A stretch of 64,000 nt of DNA from an uncultured Candidatus Binatia bacterium (GTDB taxonomy: Bacteria; Desulfobacterota; Binatia; UBA9968; JAJDTQ01). Positions 22,572 through 31,186 of the stretch are shown here, one piece after another. Position 1 is the first letter of the stretch, and each line of letters starts with the position of its first letter. The notes under the pieces were generated by a model. It did not search any database. It was not told where the DNA came from and was given only the letters and a program-made list of their open reading frames with translations. The translations under genes and the position numbers were made by a program. The DNA is taken from positions 224,001-288,000 of the forward strand of contig OZ243916.1 of assembly GCA_965213675.1 (NCBI GenBank), in the 5' to 3' direction.

Positions 22572-23897
22572 ATGGATGGAACCACCTACCGGGAACGGCG
22601 CAAGGCCTTCATGGAGCGCATGGGCGAGGGCGTGGCGGTCATTCCGGCGGCGCCGCCGTCCACGCGTTCCAACGATGTGGAGTACCGCTACCGGCAGGAC
22701 AACGACCTGTTCTATCTGACCGGTTTTCCGGAACCCCACAGCCTGTGCGTGCTGTCGCCGGGGCATGAGTCGGAGCGCTTCGTGCTCTTCGTGCAGCCGC
22801 GCGACCGCAACAAGGAGACCTGGACGGGGAAGCGCTACGGCACCGAGGGGGCGCGGGAGGCATTCGGGGCGGACGCCGCCTACACCATCGATCAGGTGAA
22901 GGAGGTCCTGCCCGGGAAGCTGTCCGGTGCGGACACGGTTTATTTCGCGCCGGGGCGCGACGAGCGCATGAACGCGCTGGTCCGGGAACTGCTCGACGCC
23001 AGTCGCTCCGGGCGCGCGCGCACCGGCCGGGGAGTGGTTTCGCTGGTGGACCCGGGGTCCATCGTGCACGAAATGCGCCTTTTCAAGTCGCCCGGGGAGC
23101 TGGACGTCATGCGCAAGGCCGTGGCGGCGTCGGAACGCGCCCACGCCGCGGCCTTGAGGGCGGCGCGCGACGGCGTCTGCGAGTACGAGCTGGAGGCCTT
23201 GCTGGAATACCATTTCCGCGCGGCCGGCGGTTCGGGCATGGCGTACCCTTCCATCGTCGCGTCCGGGGTCAACGCCACCATCCTCCACTACACGCAGAAC
23301 GAACGGCGCATGCGCGACGGCGACCTGGTGCTCATCGACGCGGGCGCGGAATTCGACGGCTATTGTTCGGACGTCACGCGCACGTTCCCGGTGGGGGCAA
23401 GCTACTCGGCGCCCCAGCGCCGGATCTACGAGACCGTCCTGCGCGCGCAGATGGAGGGCATTGCGCGGGTGCGGCCGGGCGTGTCCATGGAAGACATCCA
23501 CCGGCGCGCCACGGAGGTGCTGGTGGAGGGGCTCATCGAAATTGGCCTCCTGTCAGGGAAAACGGATGAACTGATCGACAAGGGCGAGCACGCCCGGTTC
23601 TACATGCACCGCACCGGCCACTGGTTGGGGCTGGACGTGCACGACGTGGGCCGCTACCGCGTCGGCGGCGTCGCGCGGCCGCTGGAGCCCGGCATGGTGC
23701 TCACCGTGGAGCCCGGGCTCTACGTCGCCGAAGATCTGGACGGCGTGAGCGACGCGTACCGTGGCATCGGCGTGCGCATCGAGGACGATGTCCTGGTGAC
23801 CGGCACGGGCCACGAGGTGTTGTCCGCCGCCATCCCCAAGGAGGTGGACGCCATCGAGGCGATCCGGCGCGAAGCGTTGGCGAGCCCGCGCCAGTGA
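22572..23897 (+). CDS. pepP: Xaa-Pro aminopeptidase
   Basis: YRQDND..YLTGF.EP, LIDAGAE..GYCSDVTRTFP, GHWLGLDVHD, TVEPGLY, GVRIEDD. Confidence 0.93.
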   Translation: MDGTTYRERRKAFMERMGEGVAVIPAAPPSTRSNDVEYRYRQDNDLFYLTGFPEPHSLCVLSPGHESERFVLFVQPRDRNKETWTGKRYGTEGAREAFGADAAYTIDQVKEVLPGKLSGADTVYFAPGRDERMNALVRELLDASRSGRARTGRGVVSLVDPGSIVHEMRLFKSPGELDVMRKAVAASERAHAAALRAARDGVCEYELEALLEYHFRAAGGSGMAYPSIVASGVNATILHYTQNERRMRDGDLVLIDAGAEFDGYCSDVTRTFPVGASYSAPQRRIYETVLRAQMEGIARVRPGVSMEDIHRRATEVLVEGLIEIGLLSGKTDELIDKGEHARFYMHRTGHWLGLDVHDVGRYRVGGVARPLEPGMVLTVEPGLYVAEDLDGVSDAYRGIGVRIEDDVLVTGTGHEVLSAAIPKEVDAIEAIRREALASPRQ

Positions 23898-23919
23898 CCG
23901 CACCGCGCCAGTGACCGCA
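23886..23919. repeat. 17-bp tandem duplication CCGCGCCAGTGACCGCA spanning the pepP stop
   Basis: Directly visible. Confidence 0.85.
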
Positions 23920-23932
23920 ACTCCTGCGGCGA

Positions 23933-24097
23933 CTAGTGTGGTGTCTGGTTAATACGCGTCATAATCTGCGGGTCTTTTTCGCCGTCGGCTGCGTTGCTCT
24001 TCCTCGCGTGGTACACGCCACTGCTCGTCATCGCGCCTTGCCGACGACAAAAAATCCTCCGCAGATTATGACGCGTATTATCCAGACACCACACTAG
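23933..24097 (-). mobile_element. F1 MITE-like element, copy 4 (165 bp), inserted in an F2 end remnant
   Basis: Terminal repeats and core conserved; flanks TCCTGCGGCGA and CTCCTAG. Confidence 0.9.
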
Positions 24098-24100
24098 CTC

Positions 24101-24286
24101 CTAGTCGCAGCCCAGGCAGCGTACGGTTTCGAACAAGGCCTTTTCGTCGGTGGCGGTGCGCGCATGGTCCAGCACGATGCGCAGTGCCTTGGATTCGTCC
24201 GCGATCTGGTATTTCCGGGTCATGGCCTCCAGCCACTCCCGTTGCACGCGTTCGATATTCACGCTCATGTCGATCTTGTCCTTCAT
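24101..24286 (-). CDS. 61-aa hypothetical protein, RHH-like, with C-terminal CxxC
   Basis: AAAGGAG RBS; beta-helix-helix pattern (SKALRIVLD); ends RCLGCD. Confidence 0.7.
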   Translation of the reverse strand: MKDKIDMSVNIERVQREWLEAMTRKYQIADESKALRIVLDHARTATDEKALFETVRCLGCD

Positions 24287-24354
24287 GGGGCGCTCCTTTC
24301 CCAACCCTTCGGGTGTGTGTGAATCCTGTTCTCGGGCACCACGCAAGTCCGTTT

Positions 24355-24392
24355 GCCGCAGGCGTCATCCTGCGGCGCAGACACCACACTAG
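24355..24392. repeat. hybrid F2/F1 end remnant (hairpin plus CAGACACCACACTAG)
   Basis: 15 bp identical to the F1 terminus, preceded by F2-like TCCTGCGGCGCA; CTAG supplies the phosphomutase stop. Confidence 0.7.
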
Positions 24393-26623
24393 ACGCGATG
24401 CGCCCATCTCTCGAGTTCTTCCACCAGGACCATACCGGACTCGCGGCGCCACTGGCGACACAGGGACGCCAGAGCTGGCTTGAGGGCCGGCAGGGGGTCC
24501 GCCGCCGGGGTCATGGAGGCAGCTTCCCGGCGAAGCCAGTCCAGCAACTCGTCCAGTAACGTGAACCTGCCGCTGCCCATGGCGTCGCGCAGGCGCGGCA
24601 CAGTCTCGCGGCCGAAGCGCTGCTTGCCTTCCAGGTCGATGATGTCCGGCAGCAGCAGCGCCGCTTCGTCCAGCGACACGCCGATGCGCGCGAGCAGTTC
24701 ATTGTACACGTTCCGGACCACCTCGTTGGCCTTGGCCCGCACCTGCCGCAGCATTTCCGTGCCGCCGCTGTCCGTTGTTTCTCCGTCCGGCAACAACTGG
24801 CAGTAGAGCTTGAGCTTGGGTTCGGTGCCGGACGGGCGCATGGTGATGACGAAGCGGTCGGTGTGGGCCTGAAGGATGTTCCGCGGCAGGCGATCCGTCT
24901 CGCTGGCGATGGGACCGAAACGCTCCCGATCCCAATAGTCGATGAAGCGTTGCACGGTGCGGCCCCCAAGCTCCTTGGGCGGGGATTCCCGCAGCGCCGC
25001 CATGATGCGGTCCTTCTTGCGCGCTCCTTGAGCGCCGGCCAGGACGATGCTGCGGTTGACGTTGTCGTAGGCGCCCAGTTCCCGCAGCATGGACGTGTAG
25101 TAGTCCAGCAAGGTGCGATCTTCGTCCCGCAGGCGCTGGTACAGGCGCGCCAGCACCATGCACGCCGGTGTGGCGTCCTTGTCGCGGATGCCCGGGGCCA
25201 TGACCACGCCGTGGCTCTCCTCCGCGGCGAGCACGAGGTCTTGCGGCGAGCAGGTGATGTTTCTGTAGCGGCCCGTGCGCTCCAGGGTCTTGAGGACATC
25301 GGCCACGTATTTGAAGCCCACCAGCAGGTCATCGATGAGCCACGAGTCCCCGGCTTCGGCCACGATGCGGCCGAGCAGCTTGGTGGTCACCAAGGTTTCC
25401 ATCACCAGCCCCCGGCGGCGCGGTCCCTCGGGGTCGAGCATGAGATGGTGCCCCAGGATGGCGGCGATCTGGTTGCCGTCGAAGTGGTACCAGGAACCGT
25501 CTTCCAGGCGCGCCTCCATGCCGATGCGGTCGGCGTCGGGATCGCTGGAAAGCACGATGCCGGCGCCGTGGCGGTCGGCGAATTCCCGCGCCGGCACGGT
25601 GGCGTGGGGCACTTCCGGGTTGGGCGCCTTGAAGGGGATGGCGGCGAAGCTGCCGTCAAGGCCCTGGTCGGGCGGCATGAGCACCGGGAAGCCCAGCTGC
25701 TCCAGCACCGGTTTCACCGTGTGGACGCCGCAGCCGCACAGGGGCGTGTAGACCAGCGGCGCGTCGGCCCGTGGAGCAGGGAGTCTGCCGCCGTCACCGC
25801 CGCCCGCGCCGGCGCGGGACGAATAGAGGTCCCGGTACAGGTCCACATAGGTCTCGACATAGGCGCTCCGCAGGTCCGCGGGCAGCGGCCGGATCATCGC
25901 CGTGCGCAGCCCTTCGGCGAACGGCATGGCGCGCACGGTTGTGGCCCGTTCCATGGCGTCCACCAGCCGCTGATCCTCGGGGGCGATGGGCTGGCTGCCG
26001 TAGTCGTCGTAGACCTTGATGCCGTTGTCGTCTGGCGGGTTGTGGGACGCCGACACGTTCACGCCGCCGGCGGCGCCCAATCGCACGATGTAGAACGAAA
26101 GCTCCGGCGTGCTGGTCACCGCGCCGTCGTCTTCCGGCTCCGCCAGCCATGCGACGATGCCGTTGGCGGCGTAGATCTCGCACGCCAGTCTGGCCAGCGC
26201 GCGTGAAGACAAGCCCAGCAGGGGGTGTGGGGGAGTCAGGAACGTGTACACGCCAGCGTTGTCCGCGAACACGCGCACATCGTTGGCCACGACGACGCTG
26301 AGCGCGGCGCCGGGAAGGTTCGCCTTGAGGTAGTCGGCGTGGCCCTGGGCCGTCATGGCCACCGTCGACGGGTTCATGCGGTTGGCGCCGTATCCCATGG
26401 GGCCGCGGCGTCCGCCGGTGCCGAAGGGAAGTACCTGGCGGAAGGCGTCGAACAGCAGGTCCGCGCGGGCGTCGTCCAGGTGCCGCGCCAGCGCCTCCGG
26501 CTCCGCATGGGGAATCGCCCCTCCGATCCACTGGCGCAGCCGTTCGGCGGCCCCGGCGCCGGCAGCGTCGTAACGCTCCGTCAGGAGGGCGCACATCCGG
26601 TCCAGCCGCGCGTCGTCGGTCAT
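24389..26623 (-). CDS. phospho-sugar mutase (PGM/PMM family) with C-terminal extension
   Basis: FGTGGRRG, SASHNPP, DPDADR, EESHG, RPSGTEPKLK. Confidence 0.9.
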   Translation of the reverse strand: MTDDARLDRMCALLTERYDAAGAGAAERLRQWIGGAIPHAEPEALARHLDDARADLLFDAFRQVLPFGTGGRRGPMGYGANRMNPSTVAMTAQGHADYLKANLPGAALSVVVANDVRVFADNAGVYTFLTPPHPLLGLSSRALARLACEIYAANGIVAWLAEPEDDGAVTSTPELSFYIVRLGAAGGVNVSASHNPPDDNGIKVYDDYGSQPIAPEDQRLVDAMERATTVRAMPFAEGLRTAMIRPLPADLRSAYVETYVDLYRDLYSSRAGAGGGDGGRLPAPRADAPLVYTPLCGCGVHTVKPVLEQLGFPVLMPPDQGLDGSFAAIPFKAPNPEVPHATVPAREFADRHGAGIVLSSDPDADRIGMEARLEDGSWYHFDGNQIAAILGHHLMLDPEGPRRRGLVMETLVTTKLLGRIVAEAGDSWLIDDLLVGFKYVADVLKTLERTGRYRNITCSPQDLVLAAEESHGVVMAPGIRDKDATPACMVLARLYQRLRDEDRTLLDYYTSMLRELGAYDNVNRSIVLAGAQGARKKDRIMAALRESPPKELGGRTVQRFIDYWDRERFGPIASETDRLPRNILQAHTDRFVITMRPSGTEPKLKLYCQLLPDGETTDSGGTEMLRQVRAKANEVVRNVYNELLARIGVSLDEAALLLPDIIDLEGKQRFGRETVPRLRDAMGSGRFTLLDELLDWLRREAASMTPAADPLPALKPALASLCRQWRRESGMVLVEELERWAHRV

Positions 26624-26776
26624 GTTGTGGAGCCCGTGTTCGGAATGGCGTCCTTCCACTTCGCCCGGCCACGCTTCGCTACGCTGGGGACGCCGCCCCT
26701 TGAATCGATGTTGTGACTGGCAGGACCCGAAATGAAAGGCGGCCCCGGGGCCGCCCCGATCTGCAGTCGGTGCGAT

Positions 26777-26807
26777 TCCGCAGGGCGACGGGCGGTCGCC
26801 CTGCGGA
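26777..26807. repeat. REP-like palindrome TCCGCAGGGCGAC-GGGCG-GTCGCCCTGCGGA
   Basis: 13-bp perfect stem; similar to the palindrome at about 14012-14037. Confidence 0.6.
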
Positions 26808-26849
26808 GATGTCCGCGATGGCCTCACATTGGGGCGGCCTGCGGTGGCC

Positions 26850-28424
26850 TTACCGCCCGGTGCGCGCCAGGGAGTGCACCCAGCCCTGCATCCGGGACTT
26901 CGCGTTGGCGATGTCCTTGTCGCTGAAGAAGTTCTTGAGGTCCACCTTCTCCACCGCGTACACCGGGCGCAGGAAGTCGCTCTCGTAGCCAAAGGGCACG
27001 GTGGCGTCGATGCCCATGCCGCCTTCGAACACGGTATTGGAGGCCGTCCATTGCTGGTCGCCGGCGGTCATGCGCTCGGCCGGCATGAAGGTCTGGCCGC
27101 GGCCTCCGGGAATCGGATTGAGGATGTCGGTCCTGGGATTCACCCGGGTGGTAAGGCACCACATGATGTCGTCCATGTCGTAGATGTCGGTGTCCTCGCT
27201 GGCGGCCACCACCAGGCGGGAGCCCTGGGAGGTGGACAGGATGGCCGACATGAAGTTCCGCTGCCAGCCTTCCTCGATGCGGTTGCGCTTTTTCACCTGG
27301 ATGATGGCGCCGCCCCAGTCGGTCATGCAGTAGGGGATGTTCACGTCCTGGATGATGCCCGGCTGCATGCGCTCGCACAGCAGGTACATGCACGCCTCGC
27401 GCACGGTGGTGTCGATGTTGTGGTCGTCCAGGGTGTGGACGCCCAACGGGAAGATGATGGGCTTGCCCTCGCGTGCGCGCGTGGTCACCGCGGTGACGTG
27501 GAAGGTGGGCGCCTTGTAGGCCTTGCCCATGTAGCCGGCCCACTCCGGATGGAAGTGGAAGCGGCCCTGGATGTCGGCCTTCTCGGACTCCTCGGTCTCG
27601 TAGCGCCGGTCGCGGGGATCGACGTAACCCTCCAGCACCACCTCGCAGTCCGCCAGCGCCAGCGCGTCCACGGTTTTGGCCTTGACCACGCGCACCGGCG
27701 AGCCCTGCACCGCGCCGGCCACGCCCAACTCGTCGCAGCCCTGGGGCAGCACCACATAGTCGAAGCCGGCCCCCGCGAGCAGCGTGCAGGAAGGCGGCAC
27801 CCCGAAGCACATGGTGATGGGCACGGGTTTGTCCGCCTTGTAGTACTTGGACACCACCTGCCACATGTGCGATCCCGGCGAAATCTGAAAGGTGGCGACA
27901 TTGCCCCAGCGAAAGTTCATGCGGTTGTAGCCCAGGTCGGTGCCGCCGTCGAAGTGCTCGCCGGAAATGAGCCGGTTGCCCGAGCCCACGGTCAGTTCCG
28001 GCTCGTACTCGGTGTGCCGGATGGGCAGCATGTACTCGTTGACTTCCTTGGGGTCCTTGATGATCTCCTCGTGGACCGGCGCGTCCTCGGAGCTCACCTC
28101 CACCGGGGGGATCTGGTTCTTGATGGCGTCGGCGAGCTTGCGCGTGCGGTCGGTGTGGCTCTCCCAGCCGAACATCTTGTTGATCACGCCCATGTCGCCG
28201 AACAGGTTGGTCACCGCCCGGTGGTGCGGCTTGCCCTTGACGTTGTGGAACAGGATCGGGCAGCCGCCGTCCAGGTTCTTCTGGATCGCGGTGATTTCGA
28301 GGTCGGGGTCCACCTCCTTGTCCGTCTCGATCAGGTCGCCTTCCGCCTTGAGCCACTCAAGCGCGTTCCTGAGATCGTGGATCTGCTCGGCCGCGGCCCG
28401 CTGTTTCGTCTCTGCTTTCGCCAT
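26850..28424 (-). CDS. UbiD family (prFMN-dependent) (de)carboxylase
   Basis: DLR..LEWLK.EG.L....KEVDPDLEI, EVVLEG.V, EWAGYMG, DTDIYD..DI.W.L.TR. Confidence 0.85.
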   Translation of the reverse strand: MAKAETKQRAAAEQIHDLRNALEWLKAEGDLIETDKEVDPDLEITAIQKNLDGGCPILFHNVKGKPHHRAVTNLFGDMGVINKMFGWESHTDRTRKLADAIKNQIPPVEVSSEDAPVHEEIIKDPKEVNEYMLPIRHTEYEPELTVGSGNRLISGEHFDGGTDLGYNRMNFRWGNVATFQISPGSHMWQVVSKYYKADKPVPITMCFGVPPSCTLLAGAGFDYVVLPQGCDELGVAGAVQGSPVRVVKAKTVDALALADCEVVLEGYVDPRDRRYETEESEKADIQGRFHFHPEWAGYMGKAYKAPTFHVTAVTTRAREGKPIIFPLGVHTLDDHNIDTTVREACMYLLCERMQPGIIQDVNIPYCMTDWGGAIIQVKKRNRIEEGWQRNFMSAILSTSQGSRLVVAASEDTDIYDMDDIMWCLTTRVNPRTDILNPIPGGRGQTFMPAERMTAGDQQWTASNTVFEGGMGIDATVPFGYESDFLRPVYAVEKVDLKNFFSDKDIANAKSRMQGWVHSLARTGR

Positions 28425-28761
28425 TTCCTGCTCCTCTTGTGTGGTTTATGGTTGAACGAATACGCTGCTTTGGATGTCCCCGTTCGTGCGGGATGCCCCC
28501 CGGTGGGTCCTGGTGACTCGCCGACGGCGGAAAGCTTTTGGGCAATTCTGCAAAGGAATGCGTCAGACTGGGCACACTGTTCACGAGCGGAGTCAGTAAA
28601 AGTTATCGAAAGGCGCGGGCGGTGTCAACCTCCGTGGCAGCGCGCGGCCCGGTGATGGGTCAAACCACCGGTTGGATCAGGCGCGGCCGTAAACCCCCGG
28701 TTCGATGTTCATCCTGCACGGGCTGTAGGGTCCCGGTTGTGCGCGGCTCCGGCTCGTGGCC

Positions 28762-30033
28762 TCAGCTTTCCGGGCGGAAGCGGCGCTTCCAGATCATGCT
28801 GACCTGAATGCTCGCGTAGGCCATGGCGAAGGCGACGAGTCCGACCATCCAGGCGTACTGGTAGGAACCGGAGACATCGTAGGCGTATCCGCCGAACCAC
28901 GACCCCAACGCCACGCCGATGCCGAAGGTGATCTCCAGGAAACCCAGGATGGTGCCGACGTTCGTGCCCCCGAAGATGTCCGTGATGGTGGAGCCGAAGG
29001 TGGGGTTGCCGGCGCTGTGGCCCACGCCGTAAAGGACGGCAAACGTCACGAACCACCAGGCGGAAGTCTCCGCCCGAAGCGTCATGAGCACGGCGATGCC
29101 GCCCAGGGTGACCAGGGTGCCGAGGCGGTAGGCGTGGTCACGGCCGAAGCGGTCCGAGGCGAAGCCCCAGATGGCCGTTCCCGGAATGCGCGCCAGCCCC
29201 ACGAGGCTGAAGACGTTGGCGGCGGCCTGTTTTCCCAACCCCACGTGGACCAGGTGCGCCACCGCGTGGGTGTACATGAGCGAAAGGCCGGTGCCGAGCG
29301 CCAGATGTCCCAGGGCGATGGACCAGAAAGGGAAGGAGGACAAGGCCGCCTTCAGGGTCCAGTCGCGGCGGCCGGCGCGCGCGGTCTGTCCGTGGCTGCC
29401 AGCGTCCACGGACGGCGGCGTTGCCGCGGCGCCGCCGTCGGGTAGCTGGCCCACGTCCTCGGGGCGGCGGCGCTGGAACACCGCGTTCAGCGGCGCCACC
29501 GTGGCCAGCACCACGACCCCAAGGACGACGAAGGCGGTGGGCCAACCTTGCTGGCCGATCAACGCCTGCACCGCCGGCACCAGCAGGATGCCGATGCCGA
29601 GCCCCATGGTGGCGAAACCCATGGCGGTTGCCCGGCGGCGGCGGAACCAGTGGGACAACAGGGCGGTACTGCTGACGAATCCCACGCAGCCGATGCCGAG
29701 TCCCACCAGCAGCCCGTAGGAGAGGTAGAAGTGCCAGAGGTTGGCGCTGGCGCCCGAAAGGAGCAGGCCGGCGCCGATCAGGAGGGCGCCGCAGGGCATC
29801 AGGATGCGCGGCCCCAGCCGGTCGTACAGCCAGCCCACCAGCGGCGAGGAGGCGCTGTAGAAGAAGCCGTTGACCGAGGCGATGGAGCCTGTCACCGCGC
29901 GCGACCAGGGAAACGTTTCCAGGAGGGCGATATTGAAGACGCTGAACGAGGCCAGGATGCCGCGCATCAGCATCATGTTGACGAAGCACAGGGCGACGAT
30001 GACGTAGCCGTAGAAGAAGGGGCGGCGGGCCAT
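28762..30033 (-). CDS. MFS transporter
   Basis: 12 hydrophobic segments; GWLYDRLGPR and GFASDRFGR motif-A repeats. Confidence 0.9.
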   Translation of the reverse strand: MARRPFFYGYVIVALCFVNMMLMRGILASFSVFNIALLETFPWSRAVTGSIASVNGFFYSASSPLVGWLYDRLGPRILMPCGALLIGAGLLLSGASANLWHFYLSYGLLVGLGIGCVGFVSSTALLSHWFRRRRATAMGFATMGLGIGILLVPAVQALIGQQGWPTAFVVLGVVVLATVAPLNAVFQRRRPEDVGQLPDGGAAATPPSVDAGSHGQTARAGRRDWTLKAALSSFPFWSIALGHLALGTGLSLMYTHAVAHLVHVGLGKQAAANVFSLVGLARIPGTAIWGFASDRFGRDHAYRLGTLVTLGGIAVLMTLRAETSAWWFVTFAVLYGVGHSAGNPTFGSTITDIFGGTNVGTILGFLEITFGIGVALGSWFGGYAYDVSGSYQYAWMVGLVAFAMAYASIQVSMIWKRRFRPES

Positions 30034-30045
30034 GGCGTGGCGGTC

Positions 30046-30972
30046 TCAGATATGCGGCAGGGCTTCCTCGGCGAACTGTTGCATCTGCTCCAGCCGGTCA
30101 GGCCAGCGCGGCACCATGAACTGGAGCGCCAGGTGCTCCACGCCGGCATCGCGGTAGCGCCCGATGGCTTCCACGAGCTGGGCCGTGGTGCCCGCGAGAC
30201 GGTCCGGTTCCTGGGGCGCGGCCGCGCGGGTGACCTCGACGGGCAGGCAACAGTTGAGCCGCAGGCTCTCGGGGTCGCGTCCAGCCGCCTCTGCATGGCG
30301 CCGGGCGTTGTCGAAGCGCGCGGCCAGTTCGTCCGGCCGGATGCGCACGAAGTAGGGAAACCAGGCGTCGCCGTAGCGCCCGGCGCGGCGTTGGGCGTAC
30401 TCGCCCTCGCCGCCGACCCAGACGGGGATTCCCCCCGCACGGCACGGCTTGGGCAGGAAGGCGATGTCCTCGAATTCGTAGAACTCGCCGGAGAAGCTCG
30501 CGTGTTCGGCGTTCCATATCTCTTTCAGCAGCCGGAGTTGCTCGTCGGTGCGGCGTCCCCGGTCTCGGAACGGCGCCTGAAGGGCGCGGAACTCCTCCTC
30601 CATCCATCCGACGCCCACGCCCAAGGTGAATCGTCCGTTGGACAGGTGGTCCAGGGTGACGGCGATCTTGGCCCACACCAAGGGTTGCCGGTAGGGCAGC
30701 ACCAGCACGCTGATGCCCAACTCCACCCGGCTGGTGCAGGCGGCCAGAAAGGTCAGGCAGGTGAGGGAGTCGAGAAACGGCCGGTCCGGCGGCACGATGA
30801 ACGTGCCGCCCCTGGCGTAGGGATAGTTCGTGTTGATGCGCCAGGGGATGATGATGCGGTCCGCCGCCCAGATTGAGTCGAAACCCCACGCTTCCGCGCT
30901 CTGGGCTGCCTGACGCAGGGTCTCGGGAGTGGCGGCGCGTCCCGAGATGGGTAGAAAAACACCGGTTTTCGT
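30046..30972 (-). CDS. LLM class, probably F420-dependent oxidoreductase; expected start codon reads ACG
   Basis: KTGVFLP...AEAWGFDSIWAAD, LGISVLVLPYRQP, TLDHLSNGRF.LGVGVGW..EEF. Confidence 0.82.
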   Translation of the reverse strand, partial: TKTGVFLPISGRAATPETLRQAAQSAEAWGFDSIWAADRIIIPWRINTNYPYARGGTFIVPPDRPFLDSLTCLTFLAACTSRVELGISVLVLPYRQPLVWAKIAVTLDHLSNGRFTLGVGVGWMEEEFRALQAPFRDRGRRTDEQLRLLKEIWNAEHASFSGEFYEFEDIAFLPKPCRAGGIPVWVGGEGEYAQRRAGRYGDAWFPYFVRIRPDELAARFDNARRHAEAAGRDPESLRLNCCLPVEVTRAAAPQEPDRLAGTTAQLVEAIGRYRDAGVEHLALQFMVPRWPDRLEQMQQFAEEALPHI

Positions 30973-31071
30973 GGCGTGGCTCCGTTCGAAGGGAAGTCCG
31001 CGGGGAATGGGACACTAGTAGCCGAACGCCGGCGGGAGTGTCAAACCACCCTGGGCACAGGCAACTCCTGG

Positions 31072-31100
31072 TTGACGGGTCCACGCAAAGCGGCTACAGC
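31072..31100 (+). promoter_or_regulatory. putative sigma70 promoter for the TPP enzyme gene
   Basis: TTGACG-N17-TACAGC. Confidence 0.4.
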
Positions 31101-31186
31101 TTTGCTACGTCGCGCGCCGGGCCGGAAGCCTCCCGTGTGCGCCGCTCGTACGCGCCATCTTACACACGGAGGGGAGAACACCAACC

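Noticed and set aside
20883-23501. 872-aa ORF on the minus strand
   Set aside because: Only the last 188 codons (SH3 protein) look real; the rest is antisense to pepP or off-frame to the hydrolase in GC-rich DNA.
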